DNA of 64,000 nt from NCBI GenBank assembly GCA_963717505.1, contig OY970342.1:512001-576000 (forward strand). The letters are read 5' to 3'. The position numbers were made by a program, and so were the translations under genes. Below the pieces are notes generated by a model. That model searched no databases. It was not told the DNA's origin and saw only the letters and a list, made by a program, of their open reading frames with translations. Positions 60,501 through 64,000 of this stretch are shown piece by piece. Positions within the stretch are counted from its first letter, which is position 1. Each line of letters opens with the position of its first letter. The DNA comes from Candidatus Eiseniibacteriota bacterium. GTDB lineage: Bacteria > Eisenbacteria > RBG-16-71-46.

Positions 60501-62535
60501 GCGGGTCGGCGGCAGCACCAGCCTGGTGGATCGCTGCATTCTGTTCGACAACTACGGCGCGGGCGTGATGGTGGCCTCGGGCGGCACCGCGGTCACGATC
60601 ACCCGCAACTCGATCTACGGCAATGGAACGATCAATGGCGGCCTCGGTGGCCCGAGCGGCCAGGTCGGCATCGATCTGCTGACGGCGGCCGATACCCCGG
60701 CCCACGGCACGGCCCCATACTTCACGATCAACGACAACGGCGATGGCGACGGCGGCGGCAACGGTCTACTCAACTTCCCGGTGCTCGAGTCCGCGAGCAT
60801 CGCCGGCAGCAACGTCACGCTCACCGGCTGGGCGCGTCCGGGGTCAGCGATCGAGGTCTTCCTCGCGAATCCGGACCCCTCCAGCTTCGGCGAGGGTCAG
60901 ACTTATCTTCTGACCGTCACCGAAGGCTCGGGCGCGGACCTCGACGCGACGACCGGTCCCTATTCCGGACCGATCAACGGCGTGAATCAGGGCACAGACA
61001 ACACCAATCGCTTCCGCTTCACCGTACCGGCGCCGGGGGGCCTGACCTCGGGCGTGCGTCTGACCGCGACCGCGACGGTGGCGCTCGCGACTTCCGAGTT
61101 CTCCGGACTGGTGGTGGTCGGCGGAGGCTTCGCCGTCAGCGGGTTCGGTTACCAGGACCTCGACCACGACCTGCAACGCGACGCGGTCGAGAGCGGCATC
61201 GGCAGCGCGCTGTTCGTCAAGCTCGTGCCGGTGTCATCGCCGGGTTCGGCGCAGTCGGTGGCCAGTGTCGACCCCGGAACCGGTGTGTGGAGCATCGGCT
61301 TCGTTTCCTCGGGCAACTACACGCTGGTGCTCGATGACAACAGTCTTGTCTCCGACGTCACGCCCAATTACCCCGCCGGCTGGATCGGAACCGAAGCCCC
61401 GGCGGGAACGCGCCCCCTGACCGTGACCGCAGTCAACGTCTCCGACCAGGACTTCGGCCTCTGGCACGGCGGTCGAGTCGAGGGCGTGGTGTTCGACGAC
61501 GATGGCGCGGGCGGCGGCGCGGCGAACGACGGCGTGCGGCAGGGTGGCGAGGCCGCGATCGCCGGGGTTCGCATGCGGCTCGCGGCCGTTCCGTGCGCCG
61601 GAGGATTGTGCGACAGCACGCTGACCGACGGCGCCGGGTTCTATGCCCTGTGGATCCCGCATGCGGCTTCGGGCGCCACCACTGAAGTGCGCGAAGCCAA
61701 TCCGTCGGTGTGGATCTCGACCGGGGGCGGCGCCGGGACGACCGGGGGCAGCTACGTGCGCGCGGCCGACGCGGTCTCTTTCGTTCCCCTGAGCGGCAAC
61801 CTCTACACCGGCGCCGTCTTCGGCGACGTGGCGCCGAACCAGTTGGTGCCTCCCGGAATGCAGACCGGGACCGAAGGCTCCGTCGTGTTCCATCCCCACA
61901 CGTTCGTCGCCGGGAGCGCCGGCAGCGTGACCTTCGGGCTCGGGCAGGCCCCGGCGCCGGTGATCCCGGGCTGGGGGGCTCAGCTCTATCGCGACCTGGA
62001 CTGCGACGGCGCCATCGACGCCGGCGAGCCGGCGATCGTCGCGCCCCAGGCGGTCACCGGCGGCCAGACGATGTGCCTCGTACTACGGCACTCGATTCCG
62101 GCCGGAGCACCTCTTGGCGCGCTCGAGCAGGTCACGGTTTCGGCAAGCATGAGCTACACCGGGGCCGCACCGCCGCTCGTCACCGTCGTTCTGCTCGACG
62201 ATCGCACCACCGTGATGGACGCCGGCACGTTGCGGATCGTCAAGAGCGTCAGCTCGGGCACCGCGCTGCCGGGCGATCTGATCACCTACACGATCACCTA
62301 CACCAACCTGGGCCCGGCTCCGGTCTCGGCGATCGAGATCCAGGACATGGTGCCGGGCTACACGATGTTCCAGTCCGCGGGCTGCGGCGGGCTGGGCAGC
62401 GGACTCTCGGCGTGCGGGGTGACCACGCAGCCGCCGCTGAACGGAACCGGACCGTTGCGTTGGACCCTGACCGGCGCGCTCGATCCGGGCGCAACCGGCA
62501 GCGTCACGTTCCAGGTACAGGTCGAGACGCCCTAG
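57583..62535 (+). CDS. Large exported adhesin-like protein: N-terminal beta-sandwich, DUF11, SdrD-B, right-handed beta-helix, C-terminal partial DUF11 (gene D)
   Basis: GGAGG RBS and ATGA overlap with gene C; signal peptide; 'WAGLYWGG', 'GGWSLVVVY'; 'SGVVFEDPNYGGG'; 'GSLRQFLINAN'; N/G-rich beta-helix 'TITRNSIYGNG...GIDL'; 'LNFPVL'. Confidence 0.85.
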   Translation: MSRDLLRRMASAWVRILGGLAVAGCLSASPAAAQVFRNFTPRFTTNTTGDITLVGNTIMSCSAGGGCTTARNGGGGNQNNNDWNMQYVDVDGDGTTFSSSRATLTLPVGATVVWAGLYWGGNSNNANRNTCRFASPAAAYATLTADQLDNTGSAYSAFEDVTARVQTGGSGQYTVGNVYSTTGTNNYGGWSLVVVYQLASAPARNLVVFDGYAEVAPGASVNIAVSGFLTPPAGAVNTTLGAVTYEGDRGFTGDDFDLNGIVLSDGDNPANNFFNSSIALLDVQFTNKNPNYVNQLGFDADLVNASGILANGATSATIQLSSTDDRFYPAAVTFATDLYVPVLSGNGFTKLVADLNGAPARPGDVLEYTVFLRNTGNDASLNTVARDTIPANTAYVAGSMTVLNGPNAGAKSDGAGDDQAEFDVAGNRVVFRLGTGANAANGGQLSPGVQTSFRFRAVVTSPSPTGTVVSNQAVANFNAAQLGTALVSISDADTITAGTQRTNVTVTAPTLSGVVFEDPNYGGGAGRNRVTSSGVVRPGARVELYNAAGAFQSFSTTNASGVYSFNGWGPGGYTVRVVNSTVSSSRAGAVAGLLPVQTFRTNAATGVAVDDAQRVGGESPGLQDAGSNLTNATLASLTTASATPQSIAPVTLGTADLSGVEFGFNFSTIVNANDSGFGSLRQFLINANALANTGLAQAGLPAGIEHAIFMVTDGAAHPGLRAGLPNLLTGGVVAINVLSTLPSITGASTTIDGGLQTANVGDTNPGTLGTGGSAGVDLLSLPAVARPEVEIRDGAALALGLDLMASDITLARLAAYGFGNAPGNNNSAVVRVWTNGLRAILDGCVLGTSASSFTDPGAGVRSGGDVVRSAGGDDGIVRNSLIGFGAGSGIALAGTSNGWQILTNEIRGNAIGNSTRDGISIEAGATELVRGNLIASHEGCGIDAGASTGGNTFVNNTVTRSGLGAGAAETPGVRVGGSTSLVDRCILFDNYGAGVMVASGGTAVTITRNSIYGNGTINGGLGGPSGQVGIDLLTAADTPAHGTAPYFTINDNGDGDGGGNGLLNFPVLESASIAGSNVTLTGWARPGSAIEVFLANPDPSSFGEGQTYLLTVTEGSGADLDATTGPYSGPINGVNQGTDNTNRFRFTVPAPGGLTSGVRLTATATVALATSEFSGLVVVGGGFAVSGFGYQDLDHDLQRDAVESGIGSALFVKLVPVSSPGSAQSVASVDPGTGVWSIGFVSSGNYTLVLDDNSLVSDVTPNYPAGWIGTEAPAGTRPLTVTAVNVSDQDFGLWHGGRVEGVVFDDDGAGGGAANDGVRQGGEAAIAGVRMRLAAVPCAGGLCDSTLTDGAGFYALWIPHAASGATTEVREANPSVWISTGGGAGTTGGSYVRAADAVSFVPLSGNLYTGAVFGDVAPNQLVPPGMQTGTEGSVVFHPHTFVAGSAGSVTFGLGQAPAPVIPGWGAQLYRDLDCDGAIDAGEPAIVAPQAVTGGQTMCLVLRHSIPAGAPLGALEQVTVSASMSYTGAAPPLVTVVLLDDRTTVMDAGTLRIVKSVSSGTALPGDLITYTITYTNLGPAPVSAIEIQDMVPGYTMFQSAGCGGLGSGLSACGVTTQPPLNGTGPLRWTLTGALDPGATGSVTFQVQVETP

Positions 62536-62539
62536 GCCG

Positions 62540-64000
62540 CTAGTTCCTGGCCTTGAACTCCGCGGCCGGTCGCAGCACGCCATCGCGCCCGACCCAGCGC
62601 AATCGCCGGAGGTTGGCGACGTCCTTCGTGGGATCCGCGCCGACGATGATCAAGTCCGCGAGGCGGCCGGGAGCGATCGTGCCGAGCGCCTCACCTCGGC
62701 CCATGGCGCGAATCGCGTTGCGGGTGGACGCCACGATCACGTCCATGGGCGACATGCCCGCGCGCTGCATCGCCTCCATCTCGGCGTAGACCGACGGCCC
62801 GTGGAGGGTGAGCGGATTGCCGGCGTCGGTGCCCATGGCCACGGGAATCCCGGCCTTGTGCACCTTCAACAGGTTGGCCGCCATGGTTCGGACCAGCGCC
62901 TTGCGCAGCGAATCCGGCGTGGTGCGACGGTTCGGGTCGCGGGCGCCGAGTTTTGCAGTACTGACCACGTGAGCGCGGGTCAGCGAATCGACCGCGCGAT
63001 GCGGATCGTCGACCGGCGGCTCGGTCGCCGAGCGCATTGCGTCGTCGAGGCGCCAGTAGCCCTCGATCACGGTGAGCGTTGGGCAATAGATCGTCCCAGC
63101 GGCACGCGCCAAGTCGAGGAACTCCTGGTCGACCGGAACGTCCCAGACGCTGTGAACCAGCAAATGCGGTCGCGCGCGCAAAGCCGCCTTGGCTTCACGC
63201 AGGCCGGTGGCGTGGACGATCAGGGGCAATCCGACGCGACGCGCCTCGTCGCCGGCGGCGGCGACCGCCTGGGCCATGGCGTCGAAGTCGCGGCCGGGCG
63301 TCATGATGAACCACACCTTGACCGCCGAGGCGCCGAGCGACTTCAGGTACTGCACTCCGGCGCGCGCGATCGAATCGCCGGTCAGATACATGAACTGCCG
63401 CTCGGCCGGCAGGTTCAGCCAATGGTCGAGCGTCGAGAGCAACGGGCCCGCGGCGACCACCCGTGGCGTTTCCGTGTCGAGCCGAGTGCGCTCCTGCAGA
63501 CCTACCGTCCATGCGAAGCCGCCGACATCGAACACCGACGTCACGCCACTCGCCAGCCAGCTGCGAAAGAACATCTCGGGATGCGAACGCAGGCGTTCGA
63601 CGGTCGCTTCGTAGGGATGCAGGTCGCGCAGGTCGAGGGCGTCCGGGCGGCCGTCGACCCAACCGGTCTGTGAGAAGTGCACGTGGGCGTCGGCGAGCCC
63701 GGGCAGGACCCAGGTGCCGCGCGCATCCAGCGTGTCGATACCGGCCGGAATCGGCGTCGAGCGCCGTGGTCCCGCGGCTTCGATCTTGCCGTCGCGCATG
63801 ATCACCACCGCGTCGCGCACCGGTGTGGCGCCGGTGCCGTCGATCAGGGTCGCGCCGACGATGGCGCGCGGCGGCGGCGGCGTGCCCGGCGGCGCGTCGA
63901 AAGCCGTGGTCATCGCCACCTTCCAGCCGGCGTGCGTGCGCACGAACAGGCGCTCGGAGATCCCGGCGTGCTCGACCTCGCCGAAGCGCACGCGATACCG
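62540..64000 (-). CDS. Amidohydrolase family protein (5' end lies beyond the window)
   Basis: 'LIDGTG', 'VLPGLADAHVH', 'SGVTSVFD', 'AMGTDAG', 'GTIAPGRLADLI'; frame is open to the window edge. Confidence 0.88.
   Translation of the reverse strand, partial: RYRVRFGEVEHAGISERLFVRTHAGWKVAMTTAFDAPPGTPPPPRAIVGATLIDGTGATPVRDAVVIMRDGKIEAAGPRRSTPIPAGIDTLDARGTWVLPGLADAHVHFSQTGWVDGRPDALDLRDLHPYEATVERLRSHPEMFFRSWLASGVTSVFDVGGFAWTVGLQERTRLDTETPRVVAAGPLLSTLDHWLNLPAERQFMYLTGDSIARAGVQYLKSLGASAVKVWFIMTPGRDFDAMAQAVAAAGDEARRVGLPLIVHATGLREAKAALRARPHLLVHSVWDVPVDQEFLDLARAAGTIYCPTLTVIEGYWRLDDAMRSATEPPVDDPHRAVDSLTRAHVVSTAKLGARDPNRRTTPDSLRKALVRTMAANLLKVHKAGIPVAMGTDAGNPLTLHGPSVYAEMEAMQRAGMSPMDVIVASTRNAIRAMGRGEALGTIAPGRLADLIIVGADPTKDVANLRRLRWVGRDGVLRPAAEFKARN

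Overview
GC-rich bacterial chromosomal window. Several secreted proteins end in FlgD-Ig/T9SS-type-A-like C-terminal domains ('PNP...D..GR.V...W.G...GVY'), one ends in a 'SWGQVK..Y' tail and one carries a GWxTD-family domain, so an FCB-group lineage such as Ca. Eisenbacteria is likely (inference). Contents: large modular surface proteins (lamin-tail/InlB-B-repeat; propeller/IPT-TIG/DNRLRE; dockerin-GH-Ig), MFS transporter, alpha/beta hydrolase, GH1, hsp20-lon, LemA-GIDE, MutT, an Npt-like/HEAT + Ser/Thr kinase pair, a MerR-led suf operon (merR-iscA-sufC-sufB-sufD-sufS-sufU-Rieske-sufT) and an amidohydrolase cut by the window edge. lon, sufB, sufC and iscA carry frameshifts that look like assembly artefacts. 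No rRNA, tRNA, CRISPR array or transposase was seen. Best candidate for an undescribed system: a four-gene DUF11 operon (48967-62535) whose products carry complementary halves of a split isopeptide-type DUF11 domain. The arrangement fits chaperone, self-polymerising shaft, outer-membrane barrel anchor and tip adhesin, i.e. a possible covalently cross-linked donor-strand fibre. Next best: a cohesin-CTD/dockerin-enzyme pair (26422-32487) and a 4-Cys MerR with a visible operator heading the suf operon. All domain calls come from reading motifs by eye; no searches were run.
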